Positions 13,326 through 28,970 are shown, counted from the first letter of the stretch. The stretch is 64,000 nt of DNA from Octopus sinensis (GCF_006345805.1 NC_043004.1:45818001-45882000); one strand, 5' to 3'. Notes: generated by a model from the sequence alone, not told the origin. Translations and numbers: made by a program.

Positions 13326-13986
13326 TTTAGGCGCATATGTATCTATGTATGTATATTTCTGTGTGTGCATTTCGCGCATGCGTAGGGGTGTGTATTAATA
13401 CAGCCGTATTTATATACTTATTTTTGATTGAACAGTCATTGAAAGTTCGGACAAGAACAGAACGCAATATGTAAATGAGGTCTTTTAACTCTTTTGATGA
13501 GTGGCGGCTAAATGGCGATGAATTGATGTGTCGTTTTAGCTTTAGCCATATTAATACGACATCTACTTTTACATTTTCATCAAAATAATACTACAATACT
13601 GACTGTGTGCAAAGCATTTAGAAAATATATGGTTATGTGAAAAATCTGTCGTGGTCTCTACAAAGAATATATAGGAATTCGTCTGGCAATGCTTTTCAAA
13701 GAAATTATATATATATATATAATATTATATATATATATATATATATTACACACATACATATATCTATATATATATACATATATATAAAATACAAAAGGGA
13801 TGTATGTATGTATTTGAATATAAATACACATGTATGTATATATATATATATGAATATAAATATATATATGTGTATATATATATATATATATGTGTATATA
13901 TATATATATATATCCTTAAAATCCTTAAAAATGTTTTAGCCCGAAGGCCGCGGCCATGCTGGGGCACCACCGCTGAATGAGCCACA

Positions 13987-16900
13987 CTAGTTTGTGAATC
14001 CACCTCTGATACGTGGCACTTGATCAACAAGGGAGTTCGATGCTGCTGCCCGCATCCCGTGTCTCCTGTCGTGAGGTAGGTTCATCTGGGACTCCCAACA
14101 AGAAGGGATCCAGTTTAGTTTTAAAGAAACCCCACATCCACACCATGTAAGTCTCTCAGGCATTTAGGGAGGATGTTGAAAAGCTGTGGTCCTCTGAAAC
14201 CCAAGCTGTTGCAGTATCTGGACCTGTATTTTGATGGTGATGTTGGAATCTTGGCACCACGCAGCGGCGCCCCGTCTGCGGTTGGAGTAACTTTGAATGC
14301 CAAAGTTTGGGATTAAGACCCTCCAGGATTTTCCAGATGTATATTACTGCATATCTCTCCGCCTCCGCTCCAGGGAGAAGAGGTTTAATACCTTCAGTCT
14401 TCCCAGTAGCTGACATTTTGCATTGAGACGATTTTCTTTGTGTAGCTTCTCTGAGTTGCTTCGAGTTCTGCTGTTTGTTTTATATTGGTGGTGACCAAAG
14501 TTGGGAGCAGTAGTCCAAGCGGCTGAGGACAAAATGTTTTCCATAGGACCATCAGTGTCTCTTCTCTCTTGTTCTGAAAGTTCGGAGAATCCATCCAGCT
14601 AGCCGTCTGCATTTTATCACCAGATTAGCAATATGCATTGGAAAGATGCATCATTGCTCATGTCAATGCCCAGGTCACGCACTGATTTTGACTCAGGGAT
14701 TGCAATTCTTCCTGGGCCAGTGTATCCAGTCTTCACGTCATTTACCTTGTGTGTGCCAGTAGCGCAGGGCCTGGAACTTACCTGCATTAAACTGCATGTT
14801 GTTGTCCTCAGCCCACCTGTATATTGTGTCCAGCTCATGTTGCAGATGCGCAATATTTTCAGGGTTCTGTATTGCGTGGGAGACCTTTGTGTCATCTGCA
14901 TAGCTAGCAAGGGTGGTCATCGTAGCAACTGAAGGCATGTCTGAAAGGGCCACTATGAACATCAGGGCCCCAAGACAGTGCCCTGTGGGACACCGCTTGT
15001 TATTTGCGTTTCCCTGGAGGTGGCTCCATTGCTCACAACTGCCTGTTTTCTGTCTTTTAGGAAGTTGTGCAGCCACTCTCCAAGTTTCCCGCCTATGCCG
15101 AGACCACGCAGTTTATGACAGATCATACCATGGTCGACTTTATCAAAGGCTTTTGCAAAGTCAAGATATATTACATCCACATTTGAGCCATTTAGTAGCT
15201 GTTTCAACACCCAGTCATAGTGCTGCAGGAGCTGTGTTAGGCAGCCTCTACCTGGTCGAAATCCTGCTGGGTGTCAGACAGTAAGTCATTTTCTTCAAGG
15301 AACATGATTAGTTTCTTACGGACTATTCGTTCCATGACTTTGCTGATGTGTGAGGTCAGAGAGATAGGCCTATAATTTTTAGCATCTGCTCTGCTACCTC
15401 CCTTATGGATAGGGCATATTACCCCCTCTTTCAGTTTGACTGGGAGCTTACCACTTGCAAGAAAGCTCTGAAAAAGAAGCTGTAGCGGTTTTGCAAGGGC
15501 TCGTTTGCACGATTTGAGAAGGATCGCTGGGAATCCATCAGGTCCAGCAGCTGAGTTTGTGTCAATCTCATCAATGGCTAGTGTGATATCATCTTCTTCG
15601 ATGTTGATGTACTCAATTTTTGTCTCTTTGGCCGCTGGTAAAGTGGCAAAGAATTCTTCTGGGTTGTTTACTTGCCTGTGTCCTAGAGGTGTAGTGAACA
15701 CACTTTGGAACTGTTCGTTCAGTATTTCACTTATCCTCGTGGGATTTCCTGTGAGAGAGCCATCTTTTTGGAAGAGAGGTCCTATTCTCTGGTGCACTGG
15801 GCTGTCTCTTTGGCAAACTTAAAGAAAGCTTTAGGGTTTGATTTTATATTTCTATTACCCAAGCTTCTTTATCTGCTCTCTCCTTTTCATGGGACTGATG
15901 TAGACTTTTCTCAGTTTCCATTAGCATTCTTTCGAGCCGAGACTTCTCACCACTTTTGGTGTGCTTGCTCAGGCGGTTTGCAATCCTTGTCCGTCGTCTC
16001 ATAAGAATCCTCCTTTCTCTAGGGATCCTGTTTTTATTCTTGTGTGTGCTGGCCCTGCACATTGGGACATATTTGTCACATATGGCTTGTATTATGGACA
16101 TGAAGTGTTTGTGTTTCATGTTTATGTCCGGTGTGGAGAGACATTCAGGCCAATCCTGTTTGAGGATCTCTTCTCAATCGACTTCCAGTTGGCTTTATGA
16201 AAGTTTAAGTTGGAGAGATGGTGGTGCTTCGTATAGGCTGCTGTGTCTGCGGGGGCTTTTGTTCCATACATAGACAGCTCTATTATGTTGTGATCCGAGA
16301 TCATTGTCGGCATCACATTAACATTATGGATAATATCCATATTGTTTGTAAAGCAGAGATCCAGTATATTATCTGCCCTTGTTGGTTGCAGAACTATTTG
16401 CTCCATGAAAGAGGTATTTGTGAGATGGAGCAGGGACTCCACCTGTGCCTGCTGATGGTGTGTCATCCCTGGGAGCATCTGCCCCCCAGGCCATTCCACA
16501 TTGGGGAGGTTTAAAGTCACCCATGAAGAATACACTGTTGTGCTGTTCAAGGTTGGTGAGGACTTCTCCTATTTTTGTTAGGCAGTCTTCAAACATGCCT
16601 GAGTGTTTTGGGGCGTCTGGTGGGCGATATGTAGTGCATATGACGATATTCAGTTGTCTTATGTGTACAATTTGAGTTTCACATACTGAGTTTGAATATG
16701 ACAGCAGGACCTGGGGCGTGAGGTCATCTCGGATGTACATTGCAACTCCACCATGGCTCTCCCTTTTCTATCTGTGCGTATGACTGCATATTGCGGCATG
16801 TGTATTTCTGCATCACCTATATCGGGTTCAAGATGCGTTTTGTGAGTGCCATGCATATAGCTTGATTGCATGTCACAAGGTCTCTCAGGAATGAAATTTT

Positions 16901-16990
16901 CTTTTTACAGTTTCCGCGCAGCAGCCCTCCTACATTCAGTAGATAAATATTTTTGTGGTGTGTGTGTTGGTGTTGGTCTGTGGTGGCCAT
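13987..16990 (-). pseudogene. LINE ORF2 (APE endonuclease + reverse transcriptase)
   Basis: ATG at 16990 (MATTDQ..), stop near 13987; ~3 kb split by several frameshifts across ORF-track fragments. Confidence 0.88.
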
Positions 16991-17089
16991 CCTGCATCTG
17001 TTGGAGGTGGCCTTATGTGGTGGTAGTTCCAGCTTTGTGCTTGTAGCCAGGTCAGCTGCTGAACAATTTTTTGTGCCATGCACAAAAAG

Positions 17090-17842
17090 ACTGCTGTTCA
17101 GCTGCCGCCTTTCTCACATCTGGGTGAAGCTGGCCACCTGTTGGGTTTCCGCGCACCACATCTGCATACCGTCTTTCAGTAGTGGTCAGTGTTTTTTTCG
17201 TTTTTTCCTTCTTTTAACTTTTTGTTTTTGTTTTTGTTCTCCCTGAGGGAGGGACCTCTGTCTCGCGTCCGTGCGGTTTTGGTAGGGCCTCCGATGTGCA
17301 AAGCGACAGTTTGCAACTTCAACGCCGTACCAGCAGTCCCCCCTCAGGTAGAATTTGCAGGTGTTTCTTTCCCTGCCCTTACAGTTTTTGCTGGGGTCCC
17401 TCTGCTTTCTCTGGACAGGGCTTCCTTTAGCCTTGATTCTGTCACCCTTTACCTCCTGCTTCCCATCAATTTCAGGGTGCCTTTCCTTTCTTGCGGCCAT
17501 CGCACCTCTTTGGTCTTCAGTTGTGGTGTTGGAAGCTGGACATGTGTCATCGTTTCCCTTTGTTCCAGGCTTCTCCATTTGGCTCTGGATGCTTTCCTCA
17601 TCCTTTTGCCCCCCTGCTGCCGTCACCTCCCAGGATGATGTCCAGGGTGTCCATATGTTGCCTGATTAGAGCGTACGAACGGATAACTTCTCTCTTCTTT
17701 CGCTCTATCTGGGCGGTGGTTCTCGAAAAATTGTTGCTTTGCCGCAGCGCCGCAGCAATATTTCGTTCGGCGAGTCGTCCTCAGCGATCTTCCAAGCGCG
17801 GACGAACAATTGCACCTCTCTCGCAGACCAGTTTCTTGCCAT
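17090..17842 (-). pseudogene. LINE ORF1 with Myb/SANT-like N-terminus and CCCH zinc finger
   Basis: ATG at 17842: MARNWSAREVQLFVRAWK..(frameshift)AAALRQSNNFSRTTAQIERKKREVIRSY; then CKFYLRGDCWYGVEVANCRFAH at ~17295-17359. The 3' end is approximate. Confidence 0.7.
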
Positions 17843-18074
17843 TTTCTTACCGGCTGACAGAGAGTACTTATATATAGTACGTTTTATTGGCTAAACTGGC
17901 AATATGACCATTCCGAAATATAACAATATATATATATATATGCATACATATATATACGCGTGTGTGCGAGTATAATACTTTCTAGTACACGTACATGACC
18001 CCCCACCATATATATATGTATATACATATGTTTGTGTGTATGTATGTATGTGTGCATATCTATCTATCTATCTG

Positions 18075-18142
<68 letters not shown>

Positions 18143-18879
18143 GATAAATACGATATATATTTTTTGTGTTACTATTAGATTCATGTGCTGACAACATGCC
18201 AAACATTGCTTTTATAAAATGTGTCCCGCCACAATCATCAGACACTGCCCTCCGGACATAATGAACTAACAATACGATGAGAGAATAAGCGAGCAAAGCT
18301 GAGTAAGAAGTATATATAAAAAGTAGATTGTTGGAAAAACGAAAAAAATAAATAATTAGAAAGAAACAAAGGGGAATAAGATTTATTTCCCTTAGAAATG
18401 AGAGTCGCTTAGAGCCTATGATACAGTAATTTAATCCGATGTAGGAGATGTTTCCCATTTCTTCAACAAGGACATAGGCACATGCTACATCTGCTGAAAA
18501 TTTCGGAGTTAGAGTTCTTAGATCTGTGTCCGACACAGGGACAAAAGCAGAGCTATATGTTTGGTTAGCCACCTATGGAGTTTGAAATCGAACGCAACAC
18601 CATATACGATGAAGTGGAAAATAATCGAACAATCCACACCATATGATCAAGTAGCTATGCGTAATTGAAAAAAACTTAGATCTTTTTTCACATCTAAGAA
18701 CTGATTTCAGTTAGAAGCTAAGATTATTTTTTAGCATCGCCTATCAATGTGATTGGGTTTGATTTCTGCATTATTTCTGTTGAAGTATCAGTTTGAACAG
18801 AGTCTATGTGACTCTTGCAGCGTTGTGAGTTCAAAAATTTGTTCACACCTTCCTGGTAGACCTCCACATTCGCACTTCG

Positions 18880-19130
18880 CAAATAGTTGTGAACCTTGAA
18901 ACCCAAACTGTTACAGTATGAAGTACTTGTTCGAAATGGGAATTATATTATCTTCGGTACCATGGTGTGCCGTCCAGTTCTACTCTTTATACAGTTTTCA
19001 ATTCTAAAGTTGAAAATTAGACGTTCCAGGAATTTCCATATGTATATCACTGCATTTCTTTCCCGCCTTCTCCCAGGGGAGTAGAATTTGAGTTAGTTTA
19101 GCCACTCTGCGTAGACATTTCGTTGGACCG
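18880..19130 (-). mobile_element. Degenerate CR1-group LINE 3' fragment
   Basis: Minus strand YSPGRRRERNAVIYIWKFLE..RTGRH..YCNSLGF parallels the C-terminus of the 14-kb LINE. Confidence 0.75.
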
Positions 19131-19264
19131 AGTCAGTCTTCTTTGTGGTGAGATCTGCTGTTACTGACGGTCATAGTGGAGGATTATGTCCCGCTAGTGT
19201 ATAAAAATGAGTCCTCATATACACCACAAGTCCATCTCAGAGGTCATCTCATGGTAACTTTCGC

Positions 19265-19372
19265 AGTAAATATGTATGTATAAATGTGTATGTGTGTGTC
19301 TTCGTGTGTGCGTCCGTGTGTGTGTATACGTATATCTACCTATCTATTTATGCAGTTACATATAATATACAT

Positions 19373-19413
<41 letters not shown>

Positions 19414-19607
19414 TATATATATATGTATATATGTATATATATATATATGTACATATATATATGTTTATATATACATACATACAATAATAATAATATTTAT
19501 ATATAATATAACGTATATATTTGTACATATATAAAAATATAATATATATTATACATGTAATATATATATATATATGTATATATGTATATAAATATATAAA
19601 TATATAG

Positions 19608-19676
<69 letters not shown>

Positions 19677-19683
19677 TATATGT

Positions 19684-19725
<42 letters not shown>

Positions 19726-19756
19726 AATATTATATATATGTGTATATATTTATATA
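19265..19756. repeat. (TA)n-rich microsatellite
   Basis: Directly visible. Confidence 0.95.
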
Positions 19757-20574
19757 CCGTATTTGTCGGTGTATCAGTCGCACCTACGTATAAACCGCGC
19801 CTCCGATTTTCGGTCCCCGACGTGGGAAAACGTGGGAGAAACCAGGAAATAACTGGGGCTGATGAAAATGGTATTTCTTTGTGGCATTGGTGATGGCGAT
19901 GAAACTTACCTTTCCCGGCTCAAGATGATTCTGAATAAATGCACTTCTCTCATTTTATATGAAATTATTTTTCATATTCCATTTTAATTTACTTGTTTCC
20001 TAGTAAATACATTTCATCAATGACATTCAAGAATAAATCACTGCTCTCCTTCTCTCTTGTTTCTTAACGTAGCGAGATAAGTCATACATCCGATTCATCG
20101 AACATTAGATGTTTTCGTCGTAGACCTGCGGATTACCGGGCTCGTAGGTAATTCGCGGTAAATCAGAGGGTGAGTGGAAATTGCGATGAGCTGTGTATTA
20201 TAGTGCATTTGTTGGACAAAGGTAAGTCTTTACAGAAATTCTCGTTACTTTTCTACTGGCACATGTTCCTATTCTACAGGGCTGTAGTATCATCGAAGCG
20301 GATGCTGCGACTGAGACGACATCGGCGCACGTTGGCTTGAAATGATGGACAAAATGGATGATGACACTGAAATATGAATATTTAAAGGATTTTTTACTAG
20401 TTTTAACGGCAAGAATTGTAAAGTGAGCTAGTACCACATGATTCTTGGATAACAACATGAAGCAATGTTCGAGTTTTAGATCGACTTTTCCTTGTACCCG
20501 TATATAAAAGCGCCCCACATTTTCCTGGATGTTCCCGTCGGAAAAAACTACGGTTAATACACCGGATAATACGG
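19757..20574. mobile_element. Non-autonomous Tc1/pogo-type DNA element (MITE)
   Basis: TIRs ccgtatttgtcggtgtat / atacaccggataatacgg with flanking TA at 19755-56 and 20575-76. Confidence 0.8.
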
Positions 20575-20800
20575 TACTTGTTTTGTGAAGAACACCAGAT
20601 TTTTCCGTACAGTAGATAGGCTAGTAATATATTTTATTTTGGTCGAGTCTCCAAAATTTTGGCCTTTTACATCCCTCAATTTCTCCACTCAAATTATGAC
20701 GTAATTGTGTTACTTGAAGGTATTGTGCATCCGTCACCGATACACACAGAAGGCAGAGACTGACTCGAACAAAATATTGTGCGTGTATGTGTGTGTGTGT

Positions 20801-20842
<42 letters not shown>

Positions 20843-21764
20843 CAGCGTCATTTCAGAGGGCATTAAATACTGGTATGTCTTTGAAAAGGAACACGAGTTT
20901 GTAAAATTAAGTCGCAGATCGAATCCACGAATTGTGATATATGTCACATCTCCTGCACAAATCAGCACTCGCACGTCTCCAATAAACTATACCTCCGCAC
21001 AAGCACATCAGCCACCAAAGATTGATCTAGTTAAAACCCGGGACAAGGACAGCATGGTTTTGATCATATTTGAAGAGGAAAACATAAGAGGAATGGTGAT
21101 CAAAGTTACATCCTAACAAGTCAACATGAATCAGCCATTAACAACCATCAATTAAATGAATTCCAACTTGTTAATCTAATACCTGCCACTGACCATGACG
21201 CAATGCAGTTCTTGAATTCATCTTAACGTCAGATGCACAATTGATCATTTAATTACTATTCGTCCGATTTTGTTCTTTCTTAATTAGTTGAGATATTTTC
21301 ATGCTTTGTTCTTGTACTTCGTTCAGTTTTATGTAAGTTTGTAGGAGTGTATGTTTATATACACGTGCATATGTGTTGACAGCGAGGAATGGCAAATAGC
21401 TAGAAAAGGAAGGAAAAAACAGAGCAGAAACACAACCAAACCAAATGCAAACAAACAAAGCAGGGGGAAATACATCTCCCGAAGACATTTCGAAACCCAC
21501 CACAAACAACAGCCATACCAACACCACAAAAATATATACAGCAAACATGCTCACAGCTATAGACACCAAAAACACAAATTTAATGGAATGCATCAAATCA
21601 AAAACAAACATAAGAGAAGATGACATAAAAACAAACAATCACCCATACACAACACCACCGGATCACATCAAAATACTACATATCTCTAGAAGTCTGCACC
21701 ACACAATAAAAGGCATTTTCCCCAGTGCGGTTGGTAAATGCCGAAAATACCTCACGAAGAAACT

Positions 21765-24531
21765 TTACTAGGATCTCCTCGAGGACAAAACAAAGGAGGA
21801 GAAAGCAAAAACTTTCGAGCAGTAAGTAACCCTCTGTTCCTTTCGCTTGTATTTTAATTCACTAGGATTATGATCAAGATTGGTTGTGTAAATGCGCGTG
21901 GCTTGGGGACCCCTTGGAAACAAGGGTACCTCGTAATAACATAAAGTCACACAAGTTAGAAATCATAGCCATGAGTGAGACCAGACTCCAAAATCCGCGG
22001 GCCATAAAGACCATGTTTGGCGGACAGTTCAACATTTATTTTCCCCTTGTCTGCCAAGAATGGGCGTAGTGGAACCGCGGTACTTTTTTGCAGGAGTCTG
22101 GATCTCAAAGTAAAGACTATTCGTAGACCCGGAGGGTAGACTGGTCGTCATGGATGTCGACGGCAGCAATGTGTGCGCTTTTCGACTCGTATCAGTCTAC
22201 GCACCGCCTTTAACAGGTCGGGCGGATTTCTTTCAACATCTAGAAGTATTCTTTGGAACATCTCGTCCTTTACGCATGTAGACTACGTGGGTAGAGATAG
22301 GAATAGACGGGGATGCAAATGCCTCAGAGACCTGCTCAGACGCTTTCAACTGTCTGACAGGAACCGACTCGACCACCCGAATGCGCCAACGTGGACATGG
22401 AGCAACCGCATCGGGTCGTCGAGATCGTATATAGATAGGATACTGCTCTAAGGAACGAAGGTGTTGGAGCCGCGTGAGAGGTCCGGGTGGCAGAGGTGCA
22501 ACAGGGTAACAAAGCCACCATTCAGTCTCTGGTAGATGAACAGGGGCGCGAATTGCTCGAGCCAAGCAAAATGGGTGAGGATTTTCAACAGCATTTTGCC
22601 CAACTGTTCGGGACGAGTGACGGGCAAGAATGTAGGGTGGACTTCAGTGTCTACCTACACAGCCTACCACGACTCTCGACAAGAGAGGCAGGGCGCTGCG
22701 AAGGTGCCATCACGGCGGCGGAAGTGCAGGAGGCGATGGCAGAATCGCCGGGTTTATATGGTCTACCCTACGAGTTTTACAGACTTGTTTGGAGACGTCT
22801 TGGCAGCGGTGTACTGCATCTGGCAGCAAAACAAGAGCATTCCTGGTTTTGTGAGCCGAGGAGCCGTAACACTGCTGAAGAAAGATCTTACCAAGGGGAA
22901 TGTAATAGATAACTTTAGGCCCATCACTCTGCTTAATGCAGACTTGAAAATTTTGGCCAAGCTGTTAGCCAAGAGGTTGGCGTTTGTCATCTAGAAACTG
23001 GTCGACAAGGAACAAACGTGCGCCGTGCCGAGCTGGAGCATCCATGACAACCTCCACCTGATGCGCTACATCATAGACAGGGTAGTTAAGGAACCTGGCA
23101 TGGGTTGGGCGCTGATCAATTTGGATCAGTCGAAAGCATTCGATAGGGTAGACCATCGATGCTTGGAGGCTGTCCTCAGAGCGGCTGGTTTCGGTCCCGT
23201 CTTCCGCGGTTGGATAGCCGCATTGTACGGAGATCCGCTCGCTAATTCGCATAAATGGACATCTATCGAGAGCTTTCGATATTGCACGTTCGGTCTCGTC
23301 GCTTCTCAACGTATTGACTCTCGAGCCATTATTGCCGATGGTTAGGTGATTCATTTGCTGTCAACACCCGTTAAAAGGAGGACTGGGCATGCCGTGGTTG
23401 ATGATGCGCAGACACGCGCTGAGACTGCAACATCTCAGGCTCTACGCAGACGATGGTCAACAGGTGTGGTCGCCGTTTGTGAGGCGTGCTTTCCCGCAAC
23501 TCGTCTCCATGACCGAACTGCAGTCGTGGATCAAAAAGAGGCCGAGGAAGGGCGAATGGCACCACGAGTGTCGTGTTGCTCTCATGTAACTATGCCGTCT
23601 CGGGTCGACCTTTAGTGATTCAAAACAACCAAATCATTCTATAGGGAATTAGTGGAGGGGCGGTACGATGACGAGCTCGGGTCGAACCTGGACGTCGACG
23701 AGGAATACCTGACCCGCCTGTTCAGGACGACTTTCGGGCCAGAGTCCATGGACAACTTCCAGAGATCCCTGGCCTGGCAGTGCTACCGAGAAGCGCTACC
23801 CGTTAGGGATAAGCTCTACAGACACAGGTCGAGAAACACGGGGCCGACCTGCTAGAGATGCGGTCAGAGCGACAAAACCGTTCTGCACGTACTCAGCCGA
23901 GTCTATCGTCAATATTGTCACGCCTCCTTCTATCAAACGGGAAGGAAGAGCTATTTTCATCATCCTTGTGGCTATGGCGAAAGAATGTATCTGGTGGATA
24001 CGTTTGAAAGGATTGGAGACAAACACTTTCCTCGCTGGTCAATCTCTCATCAACTTTTTAAAGTATCACTTGAAAAGGAAAGTGAGAGTAGAGAGGCAAG
24101 TTTTGTCTGGCGAATGTTTAAAAAAATGATGGGTGAATATATCAAGGATGGCACGTATGAATAACGAAGCCACCTTGAGCATAATCCTATGAACCCGGAA
24201 AATTTAAATCAGAGGGTTACCTACTTGCAAACAAATGTGGTAACATGTAACATCATCGACCGAGGTTACCGTGGTCTTTTCCGTATGCTTTTCTTCCCAC
24301 GGATAAATCTCATCTGCTTCCCCCATTACACTTTACACCATGACACTGTGATATATGGTCCCTATTGATCGTTTTTCTTTCCTTTTTCCCCTTTGTTTTC
24401 TTCTTTCCCTTTTACGATCCCTTTTGATCGAAAACCTAACCCACCTCATTTTTTTGTCTCCACCAAAAAGAAATGCTCTACTTTGTAATCTGTCCCATCT
24501 GTGTGCAGCCCTGTGTGGCTAATAAAGAAAC
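21765..24531 (+). mobile_element. Tx1/L1-clade LINE, 5'-truncated with internal deletions
   Basis: ORF2 ATG at 21870 (MIKIGCVNARGLG), SETR, SVYAP, TWTWSN..SYIDRIL, NFRPITLLNADLKILAK, LDQSKAFDRVDH, C-terminal CCHC remnant. 3' UTR with AATAAA at 24521 then (ATCT)n. Confidence 0.9.
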
Positions 24532-24532
24532 A

Positions 24533-24597
<65 letters not shown>

Positions 24598-24617
24598 GTC
24601 TATCAATCTATCTATCT
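24532..24617. repeat. (ATCT)n array between the two Tx1 copies
   Basis: Directly visible. Confidence 0.95.
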
Positions 24618-25360
24618 TCGAGACACACTGGACCGACTTGCCCGAGATGCGGTCAGAGCGACGAAACCGTTCTGCACGCGCTCGTGCAGTGTCCATCCAT
24701 TTCGGACCTGTGGGCTTATGCCGAACAGCTGCTGTCACGTGTGGGACGAGTCTGCCTGTCGGCCGAGTCTATCGTGAGTATTGCACCGCCCCCTTCCCTC
24801 AACCAGGAAGGCAAAGCAGTCATTATCGTACAGGTTGCTATGGTGGAAGAATGTGTGTGGTGGACTCGAGCGAAAGGATTAGAGACAAACACATACCTCT
24901 CTGGCCAATCGCTCATCAACTTTTTCAAGTACCGCTTGAAAAGTGAGGTGAGTATGGTGAGTTCGTCTCGTGAAAATTTTCAAAAAAAGGTGAGTTAATG
25001 TACCAAAGATGGTGCGTGCCAGTGACGAAACCACTTTGAGCATGATCCTGTAAATCGTAAAAGAGAGAGAGCACTTTGCTCTCACATGTTTATTTTTCTG
25101 CTTGCCTGAGGTTACCGTGGTCTTTTCTGTAGGATTTTCTTTCTACGATTGAACCTAATCTTGTTTGTTACTGTGAAAAAAAAATTCTTTCTGTCATACA
25201 CGATCCATTTTGATCGTTTGTTTTTTTCCGATCCCTTTTGATCGAAATTTTACATTTGTCTCCTTTTTTTCTTCTTTTTCCTTTTCCATCTTCGAAAAGA
25301 AAAGCTCTACATTTGTAATTGTCCCCTCTGTATCCAGCCCTGTGTGGCCAATAAAGAAAG
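24618..25360 (+). mobile_element. Second Tx1-clade copy, 3' 740 bp
   Basis: CPRCGQSDETVLHALVQC zinc knuckle; homologous to 23830-24531; AATAAA at 25350 then (TCTA)n. Confidence 0.9.
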
Positions 25361-25364
25361 TTAT

Positions 25365-27240
<1,876 letters not shown>

Positions 27241-28180
27241 ATGAAAGGGACAAGGGATTCATTGATAGTGCTTTGTTTAGATGCGTTTCTTTCGGATAAA
27301 TTTTTTGATTAAAAGGTTGAACAAAAAATTAGCTATAATTATTATGAATTTTCATTATTGTTGTTGTTATTAACATTATTATTTTTATTATTATCATCAT
27401 CGTCGCCATCAACATTTTCATTATTGTTTTACATTCCAACTTCCCATCTCCGACGGCAATTTTGTTGACTCAAGGGAAGGGTTCATATATCATATCATAC
27501 CTCTTCGTGATGGATATACAAGTAATTTCTTTTAGTGCATACATACATACGTACATATATATATATATATGTATGTATGTATGTTTGTATGTATATATAT
27601 TTGTATGTATGTATGTATTTATATATGTATGTATATGCTCCCGAACTGTCTCACAACTATCGATTTCCCAGCGAAACCATTTTATGGGCAAGATAATGTA
27701 GCGGATGATAAGTTTTCTTTTGATGTTAAATTAAGGTCTCATAATAATAAATTGTTACTGAAACAGTAAAAAGTTTTGAAACATTTCATAGTACCACTTT
27801 TATTAGTCTACAAATTACGCCATAAAAGACTTAAATGTGAGATTCCCAAATTTACTATAATATTTTGATTTTATTTGCATTCAGTTTTTCAAGAAATACT
27901 TTTCAGTCATCTAAATTTCAAAATGTTTATCTTGTTATATGACTAACATAAACTCATCCATCACAAATATTAGCGTCCAGGGAATGGATGATGACAAAGG
28001 CTTTGATTTTAACAAGAACAGTAAAGATGACCAATTCTGCTGCCTATGTGAGAGTACCATTAAACGTGAAAAAAAGTGTAATGCAAAACAGAATACGAGA
28101 TAATATCATTCAGATAAGCAGTTATGTTCCCTACGGGTGAAGCTAAATATTCTTCGAAACTGCTTCCAAAAGTAAAGTTT

Positions 28181-28326
28181 ATAGGTACAAGCGTGGCTGT
28201 GTGGTCCCATGCTCAGCTCCAGTGCGTCCCACCTGGACAGAGTGATTTCTACTATAGCCTCGGGTCGACCAACACCTTGTGAGCGAAATTGGTAGTCGGA
28301 AACTGAAAGAAGACCGTCGTATATAT

Positions 28327-28418
<92 letters not shown>

Positions 28419-28595
28419 TTGTATGTATGTATGTGTCTGTGTTTATTTTCCCACCATCGCTTGAGATTGGTGTCGATGAGCTTACATCTCCGTTAACAAG
28501 CGTTTCGGCAAAAGCCGATAGAATACTAAAATTCCGGAAGGCGGTTCATCAGCATGGCCAAAGTCTAGTTACTGAAACATGTAAAAGATAAAAGT
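28181..28595 (+). mobile_element. SINE family A, degenerate
   Basis: ctactatagcctcgggtcgacc..gaaactgaaagaagaccgtcg, internal (TA)n, tail cagcatggcca..actgaaacatgtaaaaga. Confidence 0.8.
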
Positions 28596-28970
28596 TAAAA
28601 CATTTATCTTTTCACGATCGCATATTCCACAGTGAATATTATGGCACACAAAAGTAGCCGACACTCCAGCCTATGTTGCGGTAATAATAACACTTGATAT
28701 AACAAGCAGGGCTGCACGGTAAAATAATCTGCCTCAATCAAAATTATAAACGGGGCACATCATTTTAAATGAATTAATTATTTTGGGCACATGAAAGAAT
28801 TTTGAAACACGCTTCCTATCCTGGGTGAAACGGGTTCATGAGGTTTGGTAGTAAGGCCTAATGCACACTTGTCGAGGTACTCCAGAATGACATTTTGTCG
28901 GCAAATTTTCATTGCTCTGTCACTTGTACGTATCACTGCACGTCTATGATGCCAACATTGGTGGGATGTA

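Larger units (their letters stand above)
13913..17928 (-). mobile_element. CR1/L2-group LINE, apparently full length (ORF1 + APE-RT ORF2), frameshifted
   Basis: APE motifs (LLNVGGL, THL, DR..HGGVAMYI, YRPP, MGDF); RT motifs (AAGPDGF, NYRPISLTS, YLDFAKAFDKVDH, GVPQGTVLGP, YADD); C-terminal GPQLFN..PDEP..SNSLVDQ; 3' stem-loop tail with TTTAAGGA-like repeats. Confidence 0.9.

Noticed and set aside
14633-17877. Plus-strand ORFs overlapping the CR1 LINE (and antisense ORFs over Dong and Tx1)
   Set aside because: Antisense shadows of retroelement coding sequence.
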